IMG/VR virus record: IMGVR_UViG_3300037067_011569
Location: 1 to 64,000 of that record
DNA from: a virus
Taxonomy: Duplodnaviria > Caudoviricetes
DNA length: 64,000 nt
Direction: 5' to 3' (one strand)
Both the position numbers and the translations under genes were made by a program. Within the stretch, counting starts at the first letter, position 1; the number at the start of each line of letters is the position of its first letter. Of this stretch, positions 29,474 through 37,995 are shown piece after piece. Under the pieces are notes generated by a model that was not told the DNA's origin, ran no database searches, and saw only the letters and a program-made list of their open reading frames with translations.

Positions 29474-30708
29474 TTCAGTTTCTCCTTGTCTTTGTACAAG
29501 TCTTCTATCATATCTCTATACTGCACAAGTTTTTCTGAGGAGAGTTCATCAGTGCTTACTGCACACTTGTATTGACCAGGTGTTCCTTTAAACCATGTAA
29601 CATTATCATTGTATTCAAAATGAAGACCAAATCTTTCTGGATTATCAAAAATAGGTGAACCTGGTAACGGTTGGAGAATGGAAACATCAATATCATCAGG
29701 CTTTGCATCTTCTACCCACTTGCAGGTTTCAGTTATTGTTTCTTTTGTTTCTCCTGGAAGACCCACAATCAAAAACGCCTTTGCTCTAATGCCTGATTCA
29801 TGCAAAAGTTTCACTGCTCTGGTATTAGCTGATCTAGTAGTTCCTTTAAGATTTGTTGCAAGAACTTTGTCAGAACCACTTTCTACACCAAGACCAACTT
29901 CAACAACTCCCATTGCTTTCAGCAGTTCACATGTTTCTTTATCAAGTAAATTTGTTCTGGAGAAGCATCGGAATTTAAGACCTTCATCTTTTACTACCTT
30001 ATTAAGCAAAAAAGCCATCTGTTGCAGACGCTTCTTATCAGTCGTAAATACATCATCAAAGAACATAAAACCTTTAAATCCAAATTCTTCTTTAACATGA
30101 AGTATTTCTCTTACGGTACGAAAAGCATTCTGAATCCTGCACTTCCTAGTAAGTTTGGCGCAAAAACTACAGGCGAAAGGACATCCGCGGGAACTCATCA
30201 AAACAGTAGTTGGCTCATCATCAACAAAATATTGATACTTAACAACAGGCAGTGCAGTTCTATCTGGAACAGGAATTTCTGTGTTGACATCAAGATATCT
30301 TTCATACTGTAAAATATCTTCCCCTTTATCTAAGTCACCAGAAACTATCCTACTTAGTCCTATTTCCCCTTCACCCCTTACTACATAATCAAAGCCTGCC
30401 TCTATGCACTCTAATGGCATATGTGTAGCATGTGGTCCACCAGCAATAAGTGTGTGTCCTTTTTCTTTCAATTCTTTTGCTATCTGGTATGCTTCAAATC
30501 TTTGTGGTGTAGTGATAGATACACCTACAAGTTTTGAAGTGACTTCTTCTGGCTTAAACACACCATCAAGACCTACATCAATGCATTTCACATCTGCTTT
30601 ATTATGCTTTTTCAAATAAGCAGAAAGATACAATATCCCCAAAGGAGGAAAAGCTGACTGGTTCAACAAAAAGTTACTTGGTGGGAATATAAGAGTAATA
30701 TCACTCAT
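29470..30708 (-). CDS. B12-binding radical SAM protein (class B methyltransferase-like)
   Basis: PPLGILYLSAYL, GGPHAT, SRGCPFACSFC, FFDDVF, GVESG, FLIVGLPGET. Confidence 0.92.
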   Translation of the reverse strand: MSDITLIFPPSNFLLNQSAFPPLGILYLSAYLKKHNKADVKCIDVGLDGVFKPEEVTSKLVGVSITTPQRFEAYQIAKELKEKGHTLIAGGPHATHMPLECIEAGFDYVVRGEGEIGLSRIVSGDLDKGEDILQYERYLDVNTEIPVPDRTALPVVKYQYFVDDEPTTVLMSSRGCPFACSFCAKLTRKCRIQNAFRTVREILHVKEEFGFKGFMFFDDVFTTDKKRLQQMAFLLNKVVKDEGLKFRCFSRTNLLDKETCELLKAMGVVEVGLGVESGSDKVLATNLKGTTRSANTRAVKLLHESGIRAKAFLIVGLPGETKETITETCKWVEDAKPDDIDVSILQPLPGSPIFDNPERFGLHFEYNDNVTWFKGTPGQYKCAVSTDELSSEKLVQYRDMIEDLYKDKEKLK

Positions 30709-31454
30709 AGTCCTTTTTTCAACTCCTCTCTATAAAGATCACAAGCATTTTGTGGATTCACATCATCCATCAAAAAGTCATCTGTGATTATCTGACAAGG
30801 AATATTTTCTTTATACCAGAAACTAAGATCACCTGGTCTTTCCTCCCCTGTCAATGCCAACATAGGAAGAACCCAATCATCAAGTCCTTTCAAATATTCA
30901 AGAAAACCATACTTAGGCCAAAACATCAAAGTAGGATCAGCAAAATCATTTCGTAAACTCAATATCCATTTATGGCAATGTGCTCCTCTCCAAAATCCTG
31001 TAACACCACAACGATCTAACCCTTCTTCACTGAATTGACTTCCACGTTCAAGTTCTATGTACTTACTAGGCACACTAACAAAACCCTGTTTAGCAACTGA
31101 TGTTAAAAAACGAATACCAAAACTAGGTTCAGGAACATGCTCAAGAACATGACAACATATAACAAAATCAAACAACCCATGCTTCATCACATCGTCTTTG
31201 ACAGCATCCCATGTAAAAGGATTTCCAATATCTGCTTGAAAGTATCCCGCTCTTTTAAAATCTTCGTCATATACATGTGGATCATTTATTGCTACATAGT
31301 CTTTTTCAAGTAGATCAACATAATGAGTAACATACTTCCTTGCCCAGGGATGAAGTATTCCCCCCACATCAAGAACTCTTGGGTATTGTGATTTTTCCAA
31401 GTGTGCCAGAACTTCAGCCTTTTGATTGTGCCTGTTCTTGAAATTGTATATCAT
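30705..31454 (-). CDS. class I SAM-dependent methyltransferase
   Basis: VLDVGG, FDFVICCHVLEHV. Confidence 0.85.
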   Translation of the reverse strand: MIYNFKNRHNQKAEVLAHLEKSQYPRVLDVGGILHPWARKYVTHYVDLLEKDYVAINDPHVYDEDFKRAGYFQADIGNPFTWDAVKDDVMKHGLFDFVICCHVLEHVPEPSFGIRFLTSVAKQGFVSVPSKYIELERGSQFSEEGLDRCGVTGFWRGAHCHKWILSLRNDFADPTLMFWPKYGFLEYLKGLDDWVLPMLALTGEERPGDLSFWYKENIPCQIITDDFLMDDVNPQNACDLYREELKKGL

Positions 31455-31463
31455 TAAAATCTC

Positions 31464-32555
31464 CTAGAAAGGAATGTCTATCTTCCCGATACGAACACCT
31501 TCATACACAATCTTATTAAAAAACCATTCGTATCTTTCACCCATTAGCTTTGCAGTAAATTTTTTCATAAACTGTTCCCTGCAAGCCTCTCTACTAATCT
31601 GTCCTATCTGTTTCATCAGAGGCCAACCTTTTTCAAGAATCTCCTCTACATCATTTGAATCTTTATAATTCAAAAGGAATCCATGAATCCCATCCTCAAT
31701 GATTTGATCTGTCTTTATTGCACAATCTTGATCAATTCTATTAAAACCAATAATAGGAACACCCATTGCCAATGCTTCAATATTGGTTATGCCAAAATGC
31801 TCTTTCCATGTATTATCATTAGCACTTATAAACACCTTAGCCCTTGACATAATCTTATATTTCTGTTCATCGTTCACACCTCTCACCCAGAAAACTGTTT
31901 TGTTGTCTATGTAAGGTGCTACTTGTTGCCAGAAACAACCTGTATTATAAGGAGGTCCCATTACTACCATTTTAAGACCTGCAGACAGAGCAAGTTTGAT
32001 AGCAAGATGTGGAGCTTTTCCTCCTTCTATCTTACCAAGCCAAACTGCATAATTATCATGCTCAGAAGAGAACTTGTACAAATCTTCTGGTATTCCATAA
32101 TGTATTAATGTAGAAGGAACACCAGATTGAAAGAAATCCTGCTGTAAAACTTTAGAACAGGATATTATATTGAACGAAGGATTGATATTTTGAAAAGTTC
32201 CGTGGCTCCATCTACACCAAGGAAATTCAACATAACCAGGAAATGCAAACTGACACTCAGGATTCCATCCGTCGCCAAAATATCCGCAAAAATAAACATC
32301 AAAATTCAGGTTTGGATGTTCACCAAGATATTTCTTTACTGCCTCGTAATGAACATCTACTTTGCTATCAAGTGCAGCAGTAGGAACATAATCCTTAATT
32401 GGAACATTAGTAAAATCGGAACCTTCTCTTGCAAAAACATATACTTCATGACCCATTTTTGCAAGTTGTTCAATAAGATAAAAAATCATTCTTTCACCAC
32501 TATATGCCAAGTGGCGACCCATCGGAAATACGTTGCCTGTCATTGCAATTTTCAT
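31464..32555 (-). CDS. glycosyltransferase family 4 (GT-B)
   Basis: GERM...LAKMGHEVYVF, WKEHFGITNIEALAMGVPII. Confidence 0.9.
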   Translation of the reverse strand: MKIAMTGNVFPMGRHLAYSGERMIFYLIEQLAKMGHEVYVFAREGSDFTNVPIKDYVPTAALDSKVDVHYEAVKKYLGEHPNLNFDVYFCGYFGDGWNPECQFAFPGYVEFPWCRWSHGTFQNINPSFNIISCSKVLQQDFFQSGVPSTLIHYGIPEDLYKFSSEHDNYAVWLGKIEGGKAPHLAIKLALSAGLKMVVMGPPYNTGCFWQQVAPYIDNKTVFWVRGVNDEQKYKIMSRAKVFISANDNTWKEHFGITNIEALAMGVPIIGFNRIDQDCAIKTDQIIEDGIHGFLLNYKDSNDVEEILEKGWPLMKQIGQISREACREQFMKKFTAKLMGERYEWFFNKIVYEGVRIGKIDIPF

Positions 32556-32947
32556 TATAGATCCATACCTTTCAATTGAGAAACCAATTGATTAAAATCT
32601 TGATCCAGCATCTTTTCACTAAAAGTCACCCTGATAGAATCTTCTGGATCATCATGTGTAGACACTTCAATAAACATTGAATCTTCAATACCTGTAAATC
32701 TGTGACATTCTCCTTGTTCTATGGTTATGGACATGCCCGGCCACATAACAATCAAAGCTTCTGGTCTATGCCTACTGGCTATCTCAAGGAACACTAAACC
32801 ATATTCCAGTATAAAAGTTTCTTTCTTCACTTCATGGTAATGGATGCTGCACCTGTATTGTTTAGTTAAATGGAGTTTCTTACAACAGTATTCTGGTTCA
32901 TTTACCAATATTTCTTCTTTTCCCCAAACTTTCTTCACAATAACCAT
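32555..32947 (-). CDS. cupin (sugar isomerase-like)
   Basis: VKKVWGKEE, SIHYHEVKKETF, CHRF. Confidence 0.8.
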   Translation of the reverse strand: MVIVKKVWGKEEILVNEPEYCCKKLHLTKQYRCSIHYHEVKKETFILEYGLVFLEIASRHRPEALIVMWPGMSITIEQGECHRFTGIEDSMFIEVSTHDDPEDSIRVTFSEKMLDQDFNQLVSQLKGMDL

Positions 32948-32948
32948 G

Positions 32949-33773
32949 TCATACTCCACTAACATCACAAGGGTATGAAATGCCACCACATTGTCTAACA
33001 TATGCAAGTACATCATCATATGGCAATTTATTGAGATATGCAAAAAGTCCAGATTTATAACAACACCAACTAAAAATCATGTAACTCTTGTATTGCATAG
33101 GGGGATAAAAGACCTTATCAGGTCCAGCTATTATGCCAAGTATATGTTCAAGCCAAGGGCATCTTCTGTACTTTTCCCCATACTTTCCATAAAGATAATC
33201 ATCACTCATCAAACATTTCAGTATTTCTGGAAAGTCGAACGCCTCTTGTTTACATATAAAGAAACGTGTACTAGCCCATCTGTAATCCCATTTACTATCT
33301 TCATCAGGAGATGGTGTCCAATATGAAGGATAACTAATATAATCGTACTTACCACTATCAAGAAAGTGCAACCAATAAGCGATAGTGCTATTAGGATCTT
33401 TTCCAAAAATTGCCATATCCCCGTCAAAATGAACAACATATTTTCCCTTTGCCAATGATAATGCATTAATATAGTTAAGATCATTGTATTTTGGAAAATA
33501 CTCACCTCGAAATTGCTCACTATGTGGACTAATAACAAGTTTCATATTCTTAGGACAAGACTCAACTATCCTATTCCAATCACTAAAACCTTCATGAACA
33601 TCAATATATTGTATCAACTCAATACTTGGATAGTCCTTAAAAAAGTTGTATTTGTTCCAAATACTTTCAACTAAAAAGTCTAAATTTCTTGTGCCATCAA
33701 ACTGCTTGCCTTGAACAGAAATAGATTTATCAAAACCAGGTCTTGTGTCAGTATTTATAACAATGCTGATCAT
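32949..33773 (-). CDS. GT-A fold (GT2-like) glycosyltransferase
   Basis: MISIVI start, LAKGKYVVHFDGD. Confidence 0.75.
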   Translation of the reverse strand: MISIVINTDTRPGFDKSISVQGKQFDGTRNLDFLVESIWNKYNFFKDYPSIELIQYIDVHEGFSDWNRIVESCPKNMKLVISPHSEQFRGEYFPKYNDLNYINALSLAKGKYVVHFDGDMAIFGKDPNSTIAYWLHFLDSGKYDYISYPSYWTPSPDEDSKWDYRWASTRFFICKQEAFDFPEILKCLMSDDYLYGKYGEKYRRCPWLEHILGIIAGPDKVFYPPMQYKSYMIFSWCCYKSGLFAYLNKLPYDDVLAYVRQCGGISYPCDVSGV

Positions 33774-33794
33774 AAACCTTTCTCCAATTATCAT

Positions 33795-34478
33795 CTACTG
33801 TCCTTTAATTATTTCAGTTCTCCAATGTTTCATGTATTCCCAACCATTTGGGCCCATAAAATCATCATTGAAGATTTCAAAAGGTATATCATCTTCCCAC
33901 CAAAAAGAAAGTTCATGGAAATGATTATCTTTGTTTTCTCTTGTAGCCCATTCAAGGTCATTAATGTATTCCACAAATCCAAGTTTTGGAAACAATCGAA
34001 GTCTGCCTTCATAGATAGTTAAAATCCATCTATGATGAAAATAGCCACGATACTTACCCCCACTTATTCCCCAATCTGCTTGATCTTCAGGAGTTCCGCA
34101 TTCTATTCCTCTACAAAGTTCCGCGTGTTTACTTGGAAACGCAATAAAACCTTTCTCCGATATTTTAGGCAACATTTCCAATACAAGACTAGGATTTGCT
34201 ATGTCTTCAAGAACGTGTGTACATATAGAGAAATCAAACTTTCCATTTGATTCCACCATAGCAATAATGTACTCCCATTCTGTTTCTTTTGATATATCAG
34301 CACGCAAAAATCTACCGTCATAATCAGGTTTATTTATGTCAATACAATGAGTAACATAAGGTGATGCCCAAATATTCATTCCACCACCCACATCAACCAC
34401 ATTAATTTCTTGATTATTTTTTAAATAATCAAGCACAGCAGGGTGTCCATCTGACTTATCTTTTACATCATAAATCAT
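33795..34478 (-). CDS. class I SAM-dependent methyltransferase (paralog of 30705-31454)
   Basis: VVDVGGG, FDFSICTHVLEDI. Confidence 0.85.
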   Translation of the reverse strand: MIYDVKDKSDGHPAVLDYLKNNQEINVVDVGGGMNIWASPYVTHCIDINKPDYDGRFLRADISKETEWEYIIAMVESNGKFDFSICTHVLEDIANPSLVLEMLPKISEKGFIAFPSKHAELCRGIECGTPEDQADWGISGGKYRGYFHHRWILTIYEGRLRLFPKLGFVEYINDLEWATRENKDNHFHELSFWWEDDIPFEIFNDDFMGPNGWEYMKHWRTEIIKGQ

Positions 34479-34792
34479 GCCACACCCCTGACTCTTTTCA
34501 TTATACTATCTTGCAACTCACTGAGAGAGTAGAATCCTTCTTCAGGAGTGTAGGTGTGAACAAGATAAAAAGGCTCTCCTGTATAAGGATGAAATCTAAC
34601 ATCATCAGGGAACTCATAACAAATGCCAGAAACCCATATTGCTGAAATTGGCATTTGAAACAATTGCATCTTATATTTTGCATCCATATCAGAGATGTTT
34701 TCGATTGAATCCATTCTGTCTGCATAGCAGAAATTTGGTTTCTCTTCTGCCTTGACAGCACGGCCGCACGATTTACAAACGTATATTGTCAT
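34475..34792 (-). CDS. Zn-ribbon hypothetical protein
   Basis: YVCKSCG...PNFC. Confidence 0.6.
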   Translation of the reverse strand: MTIYVCKSCGRAVKAEEKPNFCYADRMDSIENISDMDAKYKMQLFQMPISAIWVSGICYEFPDDVRFHPYTGEPFYLVHTYTPEEGFYSLSELQDSIMKRVRGVA

Positions 34793-35499
34793 TTTACCCT
34801 CTTAATGCAACCTAAGAAGTTTGGGTTAGCCATGTCTTTAAAGTGCCATGTGTTATTATCTTTTTCAAGATCATACTTGTTGACAAAGTTTATTGCTTTT
34901 TGCCAGTCTATATCAACATACTCATACAAACCTGTTCCTACCATGTAATCTGCCGTCATTCCAGGTGCAACATAGTTTCCCATGAAATCATGAAAAAAGA
35001 TAAGACCGCCGACCATTACTTTCTCTAATAGCATCCTTGTTTCCTGATGCAATAGATCAAGTTGATGGTCATCCGAATCAATAAACACATAACTATAATT
35101 TCTTGATTCTTTTAGGTATGTTAAAGAAGTAACACCGTACAAAACATGTTCAAGTTTGGATACTTTCTTCAGCTTTCGAAGTAAGTCCTTCTTAAAGTTC
35201 TTTTCTTTGCAATATCCCCATGGAAGATTGTCAACTGTCTTCTGAAATGTGTTCTTCCATTCCTCTTCATTTGTGAGATCATAAACAGGATCAACAAGAT
35301 GGAAAGTATCAGTTCGAAATATAGCAGAAAGTGCAGCAGACCCGACAAAAGAAGACTTGCCAGCATTAGAGCCTAAATCAACAGCAACTCCCATGGGACA
35401 TTGCAAATTATTCACCACAGTATCAAATAGACCAAATAATTCAGTCATCGACACTGCTCCAGGTGTTTTGCGTACAAGTTCAAGTAGATTATAATCCAT
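34789..35499 (-). CDS. SAM-dependent methyltransferase (Methyltransf_24-like)
   Basis: VDLGSNAGKS, VFIDSDDH, GGLIFFHD. Confidence 0.8.
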   Translation of the reverse strand: MDYNLLELVRKTPGAVSMTELFGLFDTVVNNLQCPMGVAVDLGSNAGKSSFVGSAALSAIFRTDTFHLVDPVYDLTNEEEWKNTFQKTVDNLPWGYCKEKNFKKDLLRKLKKVSKLEHVLYGVTSLTYLKESRNYSYVFIDSDDHQLDLLHQETRMLLEKVMVGGLIFFHDFMGNYVAPGMTADYMVGTGLYEYVDIDWQKAINFVNKYDLEKDNNTWHFKDMANPNFLGCIKRVK

Positions 35500-35883
35500 T
35501 TACTTATCCCCACCATGATCAACAAGCTTATTCCTATCTATTGCTTCACTTTTCACTTCAGCCTCTTTAACTTCTTCAACAATCATTGAAGCTGGTGATC
35601 CAGCTTCAATATCTACAACAGGTGCAGAAGGCACACCTGCAACTACTTCTTGTGGTGTTTGGGGACGCATACCAACATGGGGAGAAATTAACCTAAAAAC
35701 AAGAACAACAACAGTAACAAACCCAGCTTGTTCTTCTGCGCTTATATCTAATCCCCAGTATTTTGCCGCAATAGTTGCAAAAAAAGAAACCAATGCAGCT
35801 ATTAGGGTCTTATCTTCCCAAGGTTTTCGTCCTGCACTTTCACCAACCTTATAGACATAAAAAGCTTTCAGGAAGTTTAACAT
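35500..35883 (-). CDS. putative holin
   Basis: PW.DKT, two TM helices, charged C-terminal tail. Confidence 0.6.
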   Translation of the reverse strand: MLNFLKAFYVYKVGESAGRKPWEDKTLIAALVSFFATIAAKYWGLDISAEEQAGFVTVVVLVFRLISPHVGMRPQTPQEVVAGVPSAPVVDIEAGSPASMIVEEVKEAEVKSEAIDRNKLVDHGGDK

Positions 35884-35907
35884 ATTACCTCCTATTCTTA
35901 AAAAGTA

Positions 35908-36354
35908 TTACTTCCCCCAATTTATTATGACACTAAGCAATGCTATCAATAAAGCCACCACACTTATTATAGCAGTTATTAGAAATTGCCCTTGTGAAGC
36001 TTTACCTCTAGCCTGCATCATATCATCTCTTACTTCGCTTAACGATTTCTCCATTGCTTCATGTGAAGCCCTGTACTCTGTTCTAGGCAGGAACATTCTG
36101 GCTTGATCTGTCATGGCTCCCCTTATCTCATTCAATGCATCTAATCTCTTTTCCATGCTCTCTCGGGCGTTAGTCGTCTGACTTTCAATGTCAGCAACTT
36201 TCGAATTGAGTAGTTCTTTTACACCATCAATAAGAGACTCGAAGTACACCCGGCATGACACATCATCCTTATCACATTTATCATTTTGCATCAGTATGCC
36301 TATAACAAATATTTTACTACCATCTCCAAGTCCACCAGAATAACAAATTATCAT
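35908..36354 (-). CDS. coiled-coil protein with C-terminal TM helix (start uncertain)
   Basis: RESMEKRLDALNEIR coil; hydrophobic C-terminus. Confidence 0.65.
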   Translation of the reverse strand: MIICYSGGLGDGSKIFVIGILMQNDKCDKDDVSCRVYFESLIDGVKELLNSKVADIESQTTNARESMEKRLDALNEIRGAMTDQARMFLPRTEYRASHEAMEKSLSEVRDDMMQARGKASQGQFLITAIISVVALLIALLSVIINWGK

Positions 36355-36420
36355 AATCTAGAACTTCACCCTCAATGAAAAAAGGTGAAGTCTCATCAGT
36401 CCTGTCCCCGGCACTAAAAA

Positions 36421-36816
36421 CTATTTTACCGGGGCGGGCAAAGGGACATTAAGAGTGGCTGCAATATCTTTGATCTTTCCCACTGTTTCGTTGATCTTTG
36501 CCAATGCCTTAATAAGTGTTGCTTCTGCTGTTGCAGAATCACCAGAGCCTGTGGCAACAATTGCATGATAGCTACCCAAAGCACTCTGGGCTGCTTTTAC
36601 TGCTGCTTGTGCTGCTACTATTTCAATGGTCTGTCCAGTGTACATAGAAACTGCTGCAATAATCAAAGGTGCGTTATTCAATGCCCCACCAACCCACAGA
36701 TCAGCCCATGTACCAAACGCATCAAGTTTTGTCTGTACTTCAGGTGACCACTTACCAAAACTTGCACAACCACTCAACATAAACAATACTGCAACACAAC
36801 AAATAATCTTTTTCAT
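36421..36816 (-). CDS. lipoprotein (spanin-like?)
   Basis: MKK..hydrophobic..LSGC lipobox. Confidence 0.7.
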   Translation of the reverse strand: MKKIICCVAVLFMLSGCASFGKWSPEVQTKLDAFGTWADLWVGGALNNAPLIIAAVSMYTGQTIEIVAAQAAVKAAQSALGSYHAIVATGSGDSATAEATLIKALAKINETVGKIKDIAATLNVPLPAPVK

Positions 36817-36827
36817 GGCATTCTCCT

Positions 36828-37250
36828 TTAAGGGTTATTTCTCTTAATTTGCCTTTGCATTTCCACAATCAACTGATTTACAGAGTTTGTTAGTTCTCTT
36901 TTTTCTCCTCTTTGGAGTTCAAGTATAGCTGCTCTAAGCTCTTTCCTTTCCTCCTCTGATTTCCTATCAGAGAATTCTAATGAGTCAAGGTGCCTAGCAT
37001 GTACACTTCCTTGTTCTTTTATTGTAAACACCTTTTCTGTAAGATTCGAAAAATAAGGGTAAACAGCACCAAATATTCCAACTAAAATAACTGCTGCACC
37101 CGCCAAGGCAGCATAGCCCAATCTTAACAACCATTTAACATCCGCACTTATAGTAGCCGTTCTTTCAGCTACATTTGTTATAATGGCTGTTTGTGGACCA
37201 TGGAACTCACAAACATCTTTAAAATCTGGAAAGTCTTTTGACTCCGACAT
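36828..37250 (-). CDS. single-TM coiled-coil protein (lysis-associated?)
   Basis: Central TM segment followed by coil. Confidence 0.65.
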   Translation of the reverse strand: MSESKDFPDFKDVCEFHGPQTAIITNVAERTATISADVKWLLRLGYAALAGAAVILVGIFGAVYPYFSNLTEKVFTIKEQGSVHARHLDSLEFSDRKSEEERKELRAAILELQRGEKRELTNSVNQLIVEMQRQIKRNNP

Positions 37251-37266
37251 GTTAAATTACTCCTAA

Positions 37267-37992
37267 TCAAGTACCCCAATAATTACTATCAGCATACTTG
37301 TGCAATTCTGGCTTTATCGTTGTTTCGAATATATCAGCGGTAAGATCCAGTTCTTTTCTTCGAACTTTGCACCTTAACCACTTCTTTTCGATTCTTTCTC
37401 TATCCCGAAGATCATCTTTTTCATAATGGATAATATCTGCAACTATATTCTCATTTGACTTTTGACCAATAAGCACATGATGTGGAGAGTTAATCCATCT
37501 TAGTTCTTTATTTCTCCTTATCAACCTGCACTGAAAATCAGGATATTGGCCTATTTGGTGAGATTCTATAGGCCAACCATCTGCACCAATCATAGCAAAA
37601 GGAGACTCTTCATAACGAAGTGGTTCTATTGTTCGTCTTGAAAAGTGAGCTATATCTGTTTCAAATTTTCTTGACCCTGAATCAATATCAGCTAAAACTT
37701 GCTTCAACTCTTCTGACATTCTTTCATCAAAATCAAGGATCATAGCTTTCCTGCCGTGAGGCACATAAGATAGCGCAATGTTAGACTGACAAGTTTCCAT
37801 ATCAAAATAACTATCAATCCAAGGATGCTGATACACTTCTACTTTAGAAAACTGCTTCAATTCTTCAACAGTGTAATCATTGCTGCAACCATCAATAACA
37901 ATTATTCTTTCTACCCATTTTTCATCATGAAAATTACCGATGCACCTTTTAACATACTTCTCTTCATTCAAAGATTTAAGCAAAACAATCAT
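37267..37992 (-). CDS. glycosyltransferase family 2
   Basis: NEEKYVKRC, IIVIDGCSNDYT, ILDFDE, HYE. Confidence 0.9.
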   Translation of the reverse strand: MIVLLKSLNEEKYVKRCIGNFHDEKWVERIIVIDGCSNDYTVEELKQFSKVEVYQHPWIDSYFDMETCQSNIALSYVPHGRKAMILDFDERMSEELKQVLADIDSGSRKFETDIAHFSRRTIEPLRYEESPFAMIGADGWPIESHQIGQYPDFQCRLIRRNKELRWINSPHHVLIGQKSNENIVADIIHYEKDDLRDRERIEKKWLRCKVRRKELDLTADIFETTIKPELHKYADSNYWGT

Positions 37993-37995
37993 TTG

